A stretch of 64,000 nt of DNA from a bacterium. Its GTDB lineage: Bacteria > JAAXHH01. Below, piece by piece: positions 30,802-39,412 of the stretch (the first letter of the stretch is position 1; every line of letters begins with the position of its first letter). A program made the position numbers and the translations under genes. The notes under the pieces are model-generated. The model was not told where the DNA came from. It searched no databases and saw only the letters and a program-made list of their open reading frames with translations. The stretch covers positions 3,073,476 through 3,137,475 of the forward strand of contig OZ241920.1 in assembly GCA_965203885.1 (NCBI GenBank), given 5' to 3'.

Positions 30802-31410
30802 CTACTGCCCTCCCTGGTTCCGCAGGACCAGACGAATGATCTCCGCCGCCGCGGGGGTTTCCGCGCTTTCGGACATCACCCGGACGACCTGCCGGCGCGC
30901 TTCCGGGTGATCGTAGCCCAGGGCCACCAGGCCCATGATCGCGTCGTCCGCTTCGGGCGCCTCGCCCGACGGCGCCACGGGAAGGGTCTCCGCTCTGCCG
31001 GTATCCATGGAAGCCAGCTTGTCGCGCAGTTCCATGATCAGCCGCTGCGCGGTCTTCCGGCCGATCTTGGGCAGCGAGACCAGCTTGCCGACGTCTTCGT
31101 TGATGATCGCCGCGGTGAACTCGGCGACCGTCGCCCCCGAGAGGATGTTCAGGGCCACGCCGGGCCCTATGCCGGGCAGGGTGATCAGCACTTCGAAAAG
31201 CCGCTTCTCGTCCACGGTCGCGAAGCCGTAGAGCTGCATGCCGTCTTCCCGCGCGTGCAGCACGGTTTCCACGCGCACGTGGGAACGGGGCGGACCCAGG
31301 GCCTGGTAGGTGGAAAGGGGGACGTCCACGTACAGGCCGATCCCGCCGACGGACACCGTGATGCCCTCGGGCTGCTTGTCGACCAGTTCACCTTCGACGA
31401 ATGCGATCAA
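30802..31410 (-). CDS. ruvA: Holliday junction DNA helicase subunit RuvA
   Basis: 'MIAFVEGEL' N-terminus, 'LPGIGPGVALNILS' HhH. Confidence 0.92.
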   Translation of the reverse strand: MIAFVEGELVDKQPEGITVSVGGIGLYVDVPLSTYQALGPPRSHVRVETVLHAREDGMQLYGFATVDEKRLFEVLITLPGIGPGVALNILSGATVAEFTAAIINEDVGKLVSLPKIGRKTAQRLIMELRDKLASMDTGRAETLPVAPSGEAPEADDAIMGLVALGYDHPEARRQVVRVMSESAETPAAAEIIRLVLRNQGGQ

Positions 31411-31906
31411 CCGCCTGGATCCTTCCGGTTATCCTGTGATAGTGACAGATGGCGACCGCCAGCGCGTCCGATGCGTCTTCCGGTATGGGTTTACGATCGG
31501 GGCTTCGGTCGAGGTTCAGCATGGCGCTGACCATGTACTGCACCTGCTGCTTCGACGCGCCGCCCGCGCGGACTATGGCCATCTTCACCTCGCGCGGGGC
31601 GTATTCCCAGACCTGCAGTCCCCGGTTCGCCGCGGCCAGGAGGGCGACCCCGCGGGCGTGGCCCAGCACGAGGGCCGCCCTCGGAAACCGTCCGCCGAAA
31701 GTGGATTCGACGGCCACCAACTCCGGCCGGGTCCGGTCGATGACCTCGCACAGGCCGTCGTAGATGACCTTCAGCCGGTCCGGAAGGGCCTTTCGCGACC
31801 CGGTCCGCACCACGCCGAAGTCCAGGAGCCTGCACTGCCTGTCCCGGGCCTCGATCACGCCGTATCCCGTAATCACGCTGCCCGGGTCGATTCCGAGGAT
31901 GATCAT
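31388..31906 (-). CDS. ruvC: crossover junction endodeoxyribonuclease RuvC
   Basis: 'MIILGIDPGSVITGYGVIE' canonical RuvC. Confidence 0.92.
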   Translation of the reverse strand: MIILGIDPGSVITGYGVIEARDRQCRLLDFGVVRTGSRKALPDRLKVIYDGLCEVIDRTRPELVAVESTFGGRFPRAALVLGHARGVALLAAANRGLQVWEYAPREVKMAIVRAGGASKQQVQYMVSAMLNLDRSPDRKPIPEDASDALAVAICHYHRITGRIQAVDRIRRR

Positions 31907-31915
31907 GGATACCCG

Positions 31916-32665
31916 CTACCCGTTCATCTCCTCCAGCATCCGGTCGTCCACGTCGAAATTGGCGTAGACGTGCTGAACGTCGTCGTGGTCCTCGAGGACT
32001 TCCATCAACCGGAGAAGCTGTTCCGCGTCCTTGCCCGCGACCGCCACGGTGGACTGCGGGATGCGGCCGATCCCGGCCCGCAGGGGGGCGAACCCGCCTT
32101 CCTCGAGCCGGACCCGCACCGATTCGAAATCGGAAACGGCGGTCAGCACGTCCAGGGTATCTCCTTCGTCCAGGATGTCTTCCGCGCCGGCGTCGAGGGC
32201 GGCCATCATGACCACGTCCTCGTCGACCCCGCTCTTGTCCACGACGATCGTGCCCTTCTGGTCGAACATCCAGGCCACGCAGCCCGCCTCGCCCATGTTG
32301 CCGCCGTTCTTCGTGAAGGCATGGCGCATCTCGGAGGTGGTGCGGTTCTTGTTGTCCGTCACCGCTTCCACCAGCAGCGCCACGCCGGCCGGGCCGTATC
32401 CCTCGTAGACCAGTTCCTCGTAGTGGACGCCGTCCAGCTCGCCCGTGCCCCGCGCTATGGCCCGGTCGATGTTGGCCTGCGGCACGTTTTCCGCCTTGGC
32501 GGCGAGCACGGCCGTCCTCAGCCGGGGGTTGCCGCTGGCCGAACCGCCGCCCTGCCGCGCGGCGATGGTGATCTCCTTGATGACCCGGGTGAATATCTTC
32601 CCGCGGGCGGCGTCTTTCTGCTCCTTCTTCCGCTTGATCGTGCTCCACTTGGAATGCCCGGACAC
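31916..32665 (-). CDS. yebC: YebC/PmpR family DNA-binding transcriptional regulator
   Basis: 'MSGHSKWSTIKRKKEQKDAARGKIF' canonical YebC N-terminus. Confidence 0.92.
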   Translation of the reverse strand: MSGHSKWSTIKRKKEQKDAARGKIFTRVIKEITIAARQGGGSASGNPRLRTAVLAAKAENVPQANIDRAIARGTGELDGVHYEELVYEGYGPAGVALLVEAVTDNKNRTTSEMRHAFTKNGGNMGEAGCVAWMFDQKGTIVVDKSGVDEDVVMMAALDAGAEDILDEGDTLDVLTAVSDFESVRVRLEEGGFAPLRAGIGRIPQSTVAVAGKDAEQLLRLMEVLEDHDDVQHVYANFDVDDRMLEEMNG

Positions 32666-32674
32666 CGTGCCTCC

Positions 32675-35029
32675 TCAGGGGATCGTGACGACCCGTTTCC
32701 CCGTACCCGTGTTATTGGATGTGTCCCTGGCGCGAATGGCGAGAGTATGCTCGCCGGCTTCCAGTCCGTCCAGGGCGATCTCGAATGCCTCCGTCTTGGA
32801 ATCCGTGACGCCGTCCCCGGGGTGGACCACCCGCCAGTCGCCCCCGTCAATGGCGTATTCCACGCGGTAAAGGGGACTGGCGCCGTCCTGGACCATGAAG
32901 GAAAGCCGGCCGGCCGTCACGTCGATCCGGGTTACCCGCGGACCGGTATTGTCCACCAGGAACGGCTCGCTGAGGCGTTCCGACTCCAGGGCCTGGTCCG
33001 GCGGATTCGACGGCCCGTCGCTGGCCACGACGCGGACGACGTATGTTCCGTCCGGGAAAGTCTCGGAATCCCAGGAATAGGAAGGGGTGCGCCGTTCCGA
33101 CTCCAGGAGCTTCCACGCTTCTTCCGCTTCGCCCCGGAAGTAGATCTCGAAGGACAGTCCGTCCCCGTCGGGATCGCTCGCCTGAACGGCGATCGCCCGC
33201 ATGCCCTTCCGGTAGGCGGGCGCGCCGGCCGACGCGTTCTGGCCGCGGCCGTTGGCGCGGCCGCCGACCTGCGCGGCGATGCCCGGGGGAAGATCGGACG
33301 GCCCGTCCGGACCCGGCGCGGCGTCACGCAGGTAGACGCCCGGCTCGTAGACCGTGACCGAATGCACGGTGGGCGGATTGTTCCGCGTCAGGTACGCCGC
33401 CGAAACGGACGAGACCGAGGGCGTTTCCCCGTTCCCCGTACTCAGCTCCGCCTTCCACTGCAGGTAGCGGGCGGGCGGGCAGGCCAGGGCCTCCCCATCC
33501 GGATCCGTATAGGGACCGGTCCAGTCGCTCCAGGTCTGGTCGGGCGTATCCGTATTGCCCGAGCGGGCGTACAGGCGGACCGCCGTCCCCTCGGGCTGCT
33601 CGGTCTCCCACCGGATACGGCCCCACCGCGCAATGCCCCGGGTATCCCGGACGTCGGACGTGTACTCGCCTTCGCGCACGGGACGGGAGCTCAGGCGGTA
33701 CAGGTTGCCGCGATTGCTCGTCGCCACGGCTATCCCGCCCGTTGCGAGGGGCATCAGCGCCGTGATCTGCGATTCCTCGAGTTCGTTCAGCAGCGTGCCC
33801 CGGCCCCGTTCCCGGACGCTGTAGAGCCGGCCGCGCGAGCCCGTGCCGATGAGCAGCTCATCTTCCCCGCGTAGCGCCAGAGACAGGCATACGTCCGTCC
33901 CGGACCGCCACCATTCCTCCACCCGGCCGTCCGGATCTATCCTGAGGACGACGCCGCCGCCCGTGGCGAAACCACGGCCGGCAGGCCGGTCCGCGCTCTC
34001 CGCCGAGGCCGCCGCCTCGACCACGTTACGGACCGCGTCGCCGCCCGGCTCGTCGGGAGCCCGGGACGGCGGGGGCATCGATCCGCCCGGCCGGCCGGCC
34101 CGGCGCGGTCCGCTCAGCGCGCCGGCGAACACGGCGCCGTCCGAAGCGACCTGGAGGGCGTTCACTTCGCCGTAGGGTGAATCGTACAGGACCGAAAGGG
34201 CGCCGTCAGAAGCGATCCGGTAGATCCGGCCGCCCGGCTCGGTGCCCGCGATCAGCCGGCCCGATCCGTCCACGGCCAGGGCCATGACATGGGCTTCCTC
34301 CAGCTCGGCCAGCAGACGCGCATCGCCGTCCGCGTCGATACGATATATCCTTCCCTGCTCGCCCGTGCCCGCGTACAGCCCGCCTTCCGCGTCCAGCGCA
34401 AGCGACCAGATGTAGCGGGTCGCGCCGTCCGCGTTGCCGTCCGTGCTGCCATCGTCCTGCGCGCCGCCTTCGTCCTCCGCACCGCCGTCGTCCGCGCCGC
34501 CGTCGTCCGCCGCGTCGCCATCGCCGGCCGTTCCGCTACCGTCCTCCCCGCCGTCATCGCCGGCCGCGCCGCCATCGCGCGCGGGATCGAAAAACACCGT
34601 GTGGGTCCCGTCCGCGTCGATCCGGTAGATCCGGCCGTCGGGGAAAGTGGCGGCGTAGACCCGGTCGTTCCCGTCGATCGCCACGCTGCGGATTTCCAGC
34701 TCTTCGGCGTCAAAGAACACCTCGGACCGGCCCGACGAGTCTATACGGTACAGCCTGCCGTCGTTCCCCGTGCCCGCGTAGAGGTTCCCCCCGGAATCGG
34801 CCGCGAGGCTCCATATCAGCGGTTCGTCGCTCTCGAAAACGGGGTCCAGGACCGGCGACAGCGTCAGGCGGCCCTTCCCGGTTATGGAAACGTCCCGGGA
34901 CTCGCCCTTGAGGAAATCTCCGTGTCCGGCCTGTTTCCAGATTACCGGCGTCGACGCAACGACGCCGAACACGGCCATCAGCAAGACCGATGCCATGAGC
35001 GGCGCGCGCCATCGCGGGATCCTGTTCAA
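32675..35029 (-). CDS. large secreted/anchored repeat protein: N-terminal signal anchor, ~6-8 'DG(R)IYRID' blade-like repeats (beta-propeller) interrupted by acidic Gly/Asp-rich inserts, C-terminal Ig/FN3-like beta-sandwich domains
   Basis: 'GNDGRLYRIDSSG', 'DGRIYRIDADG', 'QGRIYRIDADG', 'GGRIYRIASDG' repeats; 'DGGEDGSGTAGDGDAADDGGADDGGAEDEGGAQDDGSTDGNADG' insert; C-terminal 'SDPDGDGLSFEIYF...' sandwich-like region. Confidence 0.6.
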   Translation of the reverse strand: MNRIPRWRAPLMASVLLMAVFGVVASTPVIWKQAGHGDFLKGESRDVSITGKGRLTLSPVLDPVFESDEPLIWSLAADSGGNLYAGTGNDGRLYRIDSSGRSEVFFDAEELEIRSVAIDGNDRVYAATFPDGRIYRIDADGTHTVFFDPARDGGAAGDDGGEDGSGTAGDGDAADDGGADDGGAEDEGGAQDDGSTDGNADGATRYIWSLALDAEGGLYAGTGEQGRIYRIDADGDARLLAELEEAHVMALAVDGSGRLIAGTEPGGRIYRIASDGALSVLYDSPYGEVNALQVASDGAVFAGALSGPRRAGRPGGSMPPPSRAPDEPGGDAVRNVVEAAASAESADRPAGRGFATGGGVVLRIDPDGRVEEWWRSGTDVCLSLALRGEDELLIGTGSRGRLYSVRERGRGTLLNELEESQITALMPLATGGIAVATSNRGNLYRLSSRPVREGEYTSDVRDTRGIARWGRIRWETEQPEGTAVRLYARSGNTDTPDQTWSDWTGPYTDPDGEALACPPARYLQWKAELSTGNGETPSVSSVSAAYLTRNNPPTVHSVTVYEPGVYLRDAAPGPDGPSDLPPGIAAQVGGRANGRGQNASAGAPAYRKGMRAIAVQASDPDGDGLSFEIYFRGEAEEAWKLLESERRTPSYSWDSETFPDGTYVVRVVASDGPSNPPDQALESERLSEPFLVDNTGPRVTRIDVTAGRLSFMVQDGASPLYRVEYAIDGGDWRVVHPGDGVTDSKTEAFEIALDGLEAGEHTLAIRARDTSNNTGTGKRVVTIP

Positions 35030-35038
35030 ATGCAGCTC

Positions 35039-37102
35039 CTATCGCTTTACGGTCAGCCTGCTCCAGTGCTGCCCGGCGACGACGTAGTCCGTCCGGACCG
35101 TTTCTTCGGCAACCACCTTCTCGCGGATCGGTATGAAACTGCCCTTCGTCCGCTCGGAATCCATGACGGCGAGGACCGACGGGGGCAGACCGGGCATCTC
35201 CCTCCCTTTGAGCATGCCGCCCGCGCCGCCCTGGAACATCTTCAGGTATATCCGGTTTCCGGTGCGGCGGTTGTTGAGCAGTTCGATCAGCCGGGGGCCG
35301 TCCGTGGGCCTGTACCGCTGGGGAACGGCGTTCAGATCGTGGCGGGTTACGGCCCGGGAGGAACCGACCAGTACCTGCACCTGCCCGGCGGATATGGTCT
35401 TGGGGACCGTCACGTCGAACCGCTTGACCACGCGGCCGCCCCGGTAGGGCCGGAGGTACACCCTGACCTCCAGCGTGTCCCCCGGTTTCAGGGTATCCGA
35501 TCCGAACCAGACGTCTTCGATGACGGCCGTCCGGCGTTCGTCCGACGAATGGAGCTCGATCCGGAGGGACTCTATCATCGGGGTCACGAACCGGTTGTCG
35601 AGCACGAAATTGAGCACGCCGTTCACGTCTCTGGCCAGGGCCGGCAGGGACGCCCGTCCGGAGAACTGGTCGTCGAAGACCACGTCCGGATGGTCCCGCA
35701 GTTCGATCCGGCCGCCGAGCGTTATCGTCCGCTCACCGGACGCGCGGCCGTTCGCGAAGATCGTATTCGTCACCGCCATGTTTACCAGCATCGGCGTCCA
35801 GCCGTTCGCCATCATCACGTCGAACCGGTAGTTCCGGGGCGCGCGGCCGGCATCGACGTAGGAAAGCTCAACCGGTATCATAGGCGCCGTATCGCCGAGC
35901 TGGCCGTATATCCCGTTCGTGTGGTCCCACAGGACCGAACCGACTTCGTCCGTCACGCTGCCGACTTTCGTGGACCCGGTCTGGTCCGGGACGACCGTGA
36001 TGATCTCGGCCCGGTTCATCGGGATGTTCAGGGCGCCGGTCCATAGGAAGGGATGTCCGAAGGCCAGAATGGCGTCTTCATCGCGCCAGGTGACCGTACC
36101 CGTGCCCGCCATATTGTAATCGCCCCGGATGAGCTGCGCGCTCACGGCGGCGCCGGGTTCCAGGGCGGCTTTCCCGCCGCTCGACGACGCGCCGTCCTGT
36201 TCCGGGACCGCAGCATCGCCGGCCTGTACGGGGTCCGAAACCGCGCCTGCCGAAACCGCGCCGGACGGCCCGACGCCCCGGCTGCCTCCGCCGGCCACGG
36301 GAACGAGCCCTCGCCGGCGCAGGTCGCGCTCGAACAGGCTGACCGTCATGGGATGGAAACCGGAAAGCACCATGGGCACGGCAATGGGCTTGAGGCCGGA
36401 CGGACCCGAAGGGGTGCCCGGATGTCCGGCGAACTCCGTTTCCGAACGGTCTTCGGCTGGCCAGGGGGATGGGGGACCGGCGCCCGTGCCGCCCGGTTCG
36501 CCCAGCCAACCCGATCCGCCAGGCCAACCCGGCCCGTAATCACTCTGGAGGTCTCCCGGTCCGCCCGGCCCGTAATCACTCTGGAGGTCTCCCGGTCCGC
36601 CTGGTCCGCCCGGCCCGTAATCACCGCTGGGCCCGCCCGTCCCGTCCCGGTCTCCGCTGGGGGCGTTCCGGTCCGGCGCCGGTTCGGTCTCCACGGCATC
36701 CCGTATGGCCAGCATATGGCCGATCGGCGTAACGCCGCCGATGGGTTTCATCGGAAACGCGCCGAAGCGGTACGCCAGCGCGCCGACGAGTTTCCCGTCG
36801 ATGTACACCGGGCTGCCGCTCATCCCCGCGATGACCCCCGCGTCGTCCACGTAGGGGCCCGAAACCCCCACCATGATGATATCGTGTTTCGCGTAGAAGA
36901 TGTTCTTCATGACGCCCAGCACTTCGATGTGGAAGGTATCGATCCGGGCATCCTGGAAGACCGTGAGGCCGTATCCGCGCATGCCCGGCCGCACCTCGTC
37001 GATATCCATGAACCCGGAGGCGGACTGGGCCGCTGCCGGCACGCCGGGCGCGAGCAGGCATGCGAAGAGGGAAAGCGCGACGACCGTTCGATTGATGTGC
37101 AT
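35039..37102 (-). CDS. SpoIVB-like peptidase S55 family serine protease, secreted, with Gly/Pro-rich repeat insertion
   Basis: Signal peptide 'MHINRTVVALSLFACLLAPGVPAAAQSA'; 'IAGMSGSPVYIDGKLVGALAYRFG' matches the S55 catalytic-Ser motif (GMSGSPxxxxGKLxGA); 'DYGPGGPGDLQSDYGPGGPGDLQSDYGPGWPGG' insert encoded by a 36-bp direct repeat (~36520-36600). Confidence 0.65.
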   Translation of the reverse strand: MHINRTVVALSLFACLLAPGVPAAAQSASGFMDIDEVRPGMRGYGLTVFQDARIDTFHIEVLGVMKNIFYAKHDIIMVGVSGPYVDDAGVIAGMSGSPVYIDGKLVGALAYRFGAFPMKPIGGVTPIGHMLAIRDAVETEPAPDRNAPSGDRDGTGGPSGDYGPGGPGGPGDLQSDYGPGGPGDLQSDYGPGWPGGSGWLGEPGGTGAGPPSPWPAEDRSETEFAGHPGTPSGPSGLKPIAVPMVLSGFHPMTVSLFERDLRRRGLVPVAGGGSRGVGPSGAVSAGAVSDPVQAGDAAVPEQDGASSSGGKAALEPGAAVSAQLIRGDYNMAGTGTVTWRDEDAILAFGHPFLWTGALNIPMNRAEIITVVPDQTGSTKVGSVTDEVGSVLWDHTNGIYGQLGDTAPMIPVELSYVDAGRAPRNYRFDVMMANGWTPMLVNMAVTNTIFANGRASGERTITLGGRIELRDHPDVVFDDQFSGRASLPALARDVNGVLNFVLDNRFVTPMIESLRIELHSSDERRTAVIEDVWFGSDTLKPGDTLEVRVYLRPYRGGRVVKRFDVTVPKTISAGQVQVLVGSSRAVTRHDLNAVPQRYRPTDGPRLIELLNNRRTGNRIYLKMFQGGAGGMLKGREMPGLPPSVLAVMDSERTKGSFIPIREKVVAEETVRTDYVVAGQHWSRLTVKR

Positions 37103-37382
37103 GGGGCCGCTGCCTGGTGAACAGGGGATCGGGAGGCGACTTGAAACTACTGCAATATAAGGCCGCACCGCGTGCGTGGGCAACTGCTTTGTAACGGCCG
37201 CCGAAGGATCGCGGGGCAGCCGTTAACAAAAGAAATCGCTTGACTTACCGCGATGGTTCCTCGAAATTCAGACGGCGGCGGAAGGGTCCGGAAGAGCAGG
37301 TACGGCGCCGGTCCCGGCCCGTCCTGATACCTGTCCTGAAACCAGTCCGGAAACCTGAATCCGGAAACCTGTCAGGAGCGTC

Positions 37383-38366
37383 ATGAAACGTCCCGGGCAC
37401 GAAAAGCCCTCCGATGAGAACGTGGTGCCGATCTGCAACATGACCATGTCCGAAACGCGCAGCCAGATCGGCGCGCTGTCCTCCCAGATCGTACAGTCCT
37501 ACGACACGATCGGCGGCCTGAACCGTATCGACGGCAAGAACCTGCCTTCCAGGGAACGGGTCTACGGCATGCTGAAGGACCTGCTTGCGCTCTGCTTCCC
37601 CGGATACTTCGGCGCCGAACCCCTCGTGACGAAGAACGTGGCCTTCTACGTGGACGGACTGGTGGACGACATCTACATCCGCCTGAGAGAGGAAGTGACC
37701 CGGAGCCTCATGCACGACGCGCAGTGCAAGGGGAAAGACCCCGTGGCCTGCGAGGAGATCGCAAACCGGATCGCGCTCGAGCTCCTCGAGGCGGTCCCCG
37801 GCATCCGGAAGCTGCTCATGGGCGACGTGGAGGCTGCCTACGACGGCGATCCCGCGGCCAAGAGCCATGACGAGATCATCCTGAGCTATCCGTGCGTGGA
37901 AGCCATCGCCACCTACCGGATCGCCCATGAACTCTATCTCCGGAAGACGCCGCTCATTCCGCGGATCATGTCCGAGCACGCCCACAGCCGCACGGGGATC
38001 GACATCCACCCCGGCGCGACCATCGGCACCCGATTCTTCATCGACCACGGTACGGGCGTCGTGATCGGGGAGACGGCGCTGATCGGCAACAACGTGAAAC
38101 TATACCAGGGCGTGACGCTGGGCGCGCTGAGCTTCCGGAAGGACGAAGGCGGCCGTCTCGTCAAGGGCGGCAAGCGCCACCCCACCATAGAAGACGACGT
38201 GGTGATCTACTCGGGCGCCACGATCCTGGGCGGTGAAACGACGATCGGGCACGACTCCGTGATCGGGGCCAGCGTATGGTTGACGGAACCGGTCCCGCCC
38301 CATTCGAAGGTTACCATCGGCAACCCGAAGCTGGACGTGGTGAAACACGACGCCCGGACGGCCTGA
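37383..38366 (+). CDS. cysE: serine O-acetyltransferase with extended N-terminus (true start may be internal, e.g. 37440)
   Basis: 'DIHPGATIGTRFFIDHGTGVVIGETALIGNNVKLYQGVTLG' hexapeptide-repeat SAT core. Confidence 0.85.
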   Translation: MKRPGHEKPSDENVVPICNMTMSETRSQIGALSSQIVQSYDTIGGLNRIDGKNLPSRERVYGMLKDLLALCFPGYFGAEPLVTKNVAFYVDGLVDDIYIRLREEVTRSLMHDAQCKGKDPVACEEIANRIALELLEAVPGIRKLLMGDVEAAYDGDPAAKSHDEIILSYPCVEAIATYRIAHELYLRKTPLIPRIMSEHAHSRTGIDIHPGATIGTRFFIDHGTGVVIGETALIGNNVKLYQGVTLGALSFRKDEGGRLVKGGKRHPTIEDDVVIYSGATILGGETTIGHDSVIGASVWLTEPVPPHSKVTIGNPKLDVVKHDARTA

Positions 38367-38409
38367 CCGGACGGCCTGAACGAACGCCCGGACGGCCTGA
38401 CCGGACGGC

Positions 38410-39354
38410 CTAACCCCCCTCTTCCGCGATATATTTCTCCGCCTCCATGGCGGCGGCGCATCCCGTCCCCGCCGCCGTGACCGCCTGGCGGTACACGTGG
38501 TCCTGCACGTCCCCGCCCGCGAACACGCCGGGCACGCTGGTGCGCTGCCTCCTGTCGGTCAGGATGTAGCCCTGTTCGTCCAGGTCGAGCTTGTCCCTGA
38601 AGATCCCGGTATTGGGCGTATGGCCGATCGCGATGAAGAGGCCCTCGGCGTCCAGCACCCGTGTCCGGTCCGTTTCCAGTTCCCGCACGCGGACGCCGGT
38701 CACCCCCGCGGTTTCGTCGCCCAGCACCTCGTCTATCACGGATCCCCATTGGAACGTTATCTTCGGGTGTTCGAGAGCCCGTTCCTGCATGATCCGGCTC
38801 GCCCTCAGTTCGCGGCGGCGGTGAATGATCCAGACCCGGCTCGCGAACCGCGTCAGGAAGAGGCCTTCCTCCATGGCGCTGTCGCCTCCGCCCACCACGG
38901 CGACCTTCCGGTCCCGGTAGAAGGCGCCGTCGCAGGTCGCGCAGGTGGAAACGCCCCGGCCGAAGAACGTGTCCTCTCCCGGCACGCCGAGCAGCCGGGG
39001 CGAGGAACCGGTGCTGATCACCGCGGCCTTGGCCGTGTATTCGCCCCGGTCCGTGCGTATCCGGTGGGCCCCCGGATCGAAATCCACCGAGACGACCTCC
39101 TCGTACTTCATCACGGCGCCGAAACGCTCGGCCTGCTCCCGCATGCGGTCCATGAGATCCATGCCGCCCAGGCTCTCGGGGAAGCCCGGGAAGTTTTCGA
39201 TCTCGCTGGTGAGCGACAACTGTCCGCCGACCGTGCTGCCCGTCAATACGACGGGGGACAGGTTCGCCCGGGCCGCGTACAGGGCCGCCGTGTACCCCGC
39301 CGGGCCCCCGCCGATGATGACCACCTGCTCCGTTTCAGCCCGTTCCTTTTCCAT
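38410..39354 (-). CDS. trxB: thioredoxin-disulfide reductase
   Basis: 'VVIIGGGPAGYTAALYAARA', 'CATCDG' redox-active site, 'GIFAIGDV'-like 'GVFAGGDV'. Confidence 0.95.
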   Translation of the reverse strand: MEKERAETEQVVIIGGGPAGYTAALYAARANLSPVVLTGSTVGGQLSLTSEIENFPGFPESLGGMDLMDRMREQAERFGAVMKYEEVVSVDFDPGAHRIRTDRGEYTAKAAVISTGSSPRLLGVPGEDTFFGRGVSTCATCDGAFYRDRKVAVVGGGDSAMEEGLFLTRFASRVWIIHRRRELRASRIMQERALEHPKITFQWGSVIDEVLGDETAGVTGVRVRELETDRTRVLDAEGLFIAIGHTPNTGIFRDKLDLDEQGYILTDRRQRTSVPGVFAGGDVQDHVYRQAVTAAGTGCAAAMEAEKYIAEEGG

Positions 39355-39412
39355 CTCTTTCCTTTTCTATCCCTTTGCCGTCGCGGACCGGACCGCTTCT
39401 CGCGGCACCGCG

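Noticed and set aside
31310-33874. 854-aa plus-strand ORF across ruvA/ruvC/yebC/propeller gene
   Set aside because: Antisense shadow. The minus-strand genes carry canonical RuvA/RuvC/YebC sequences.
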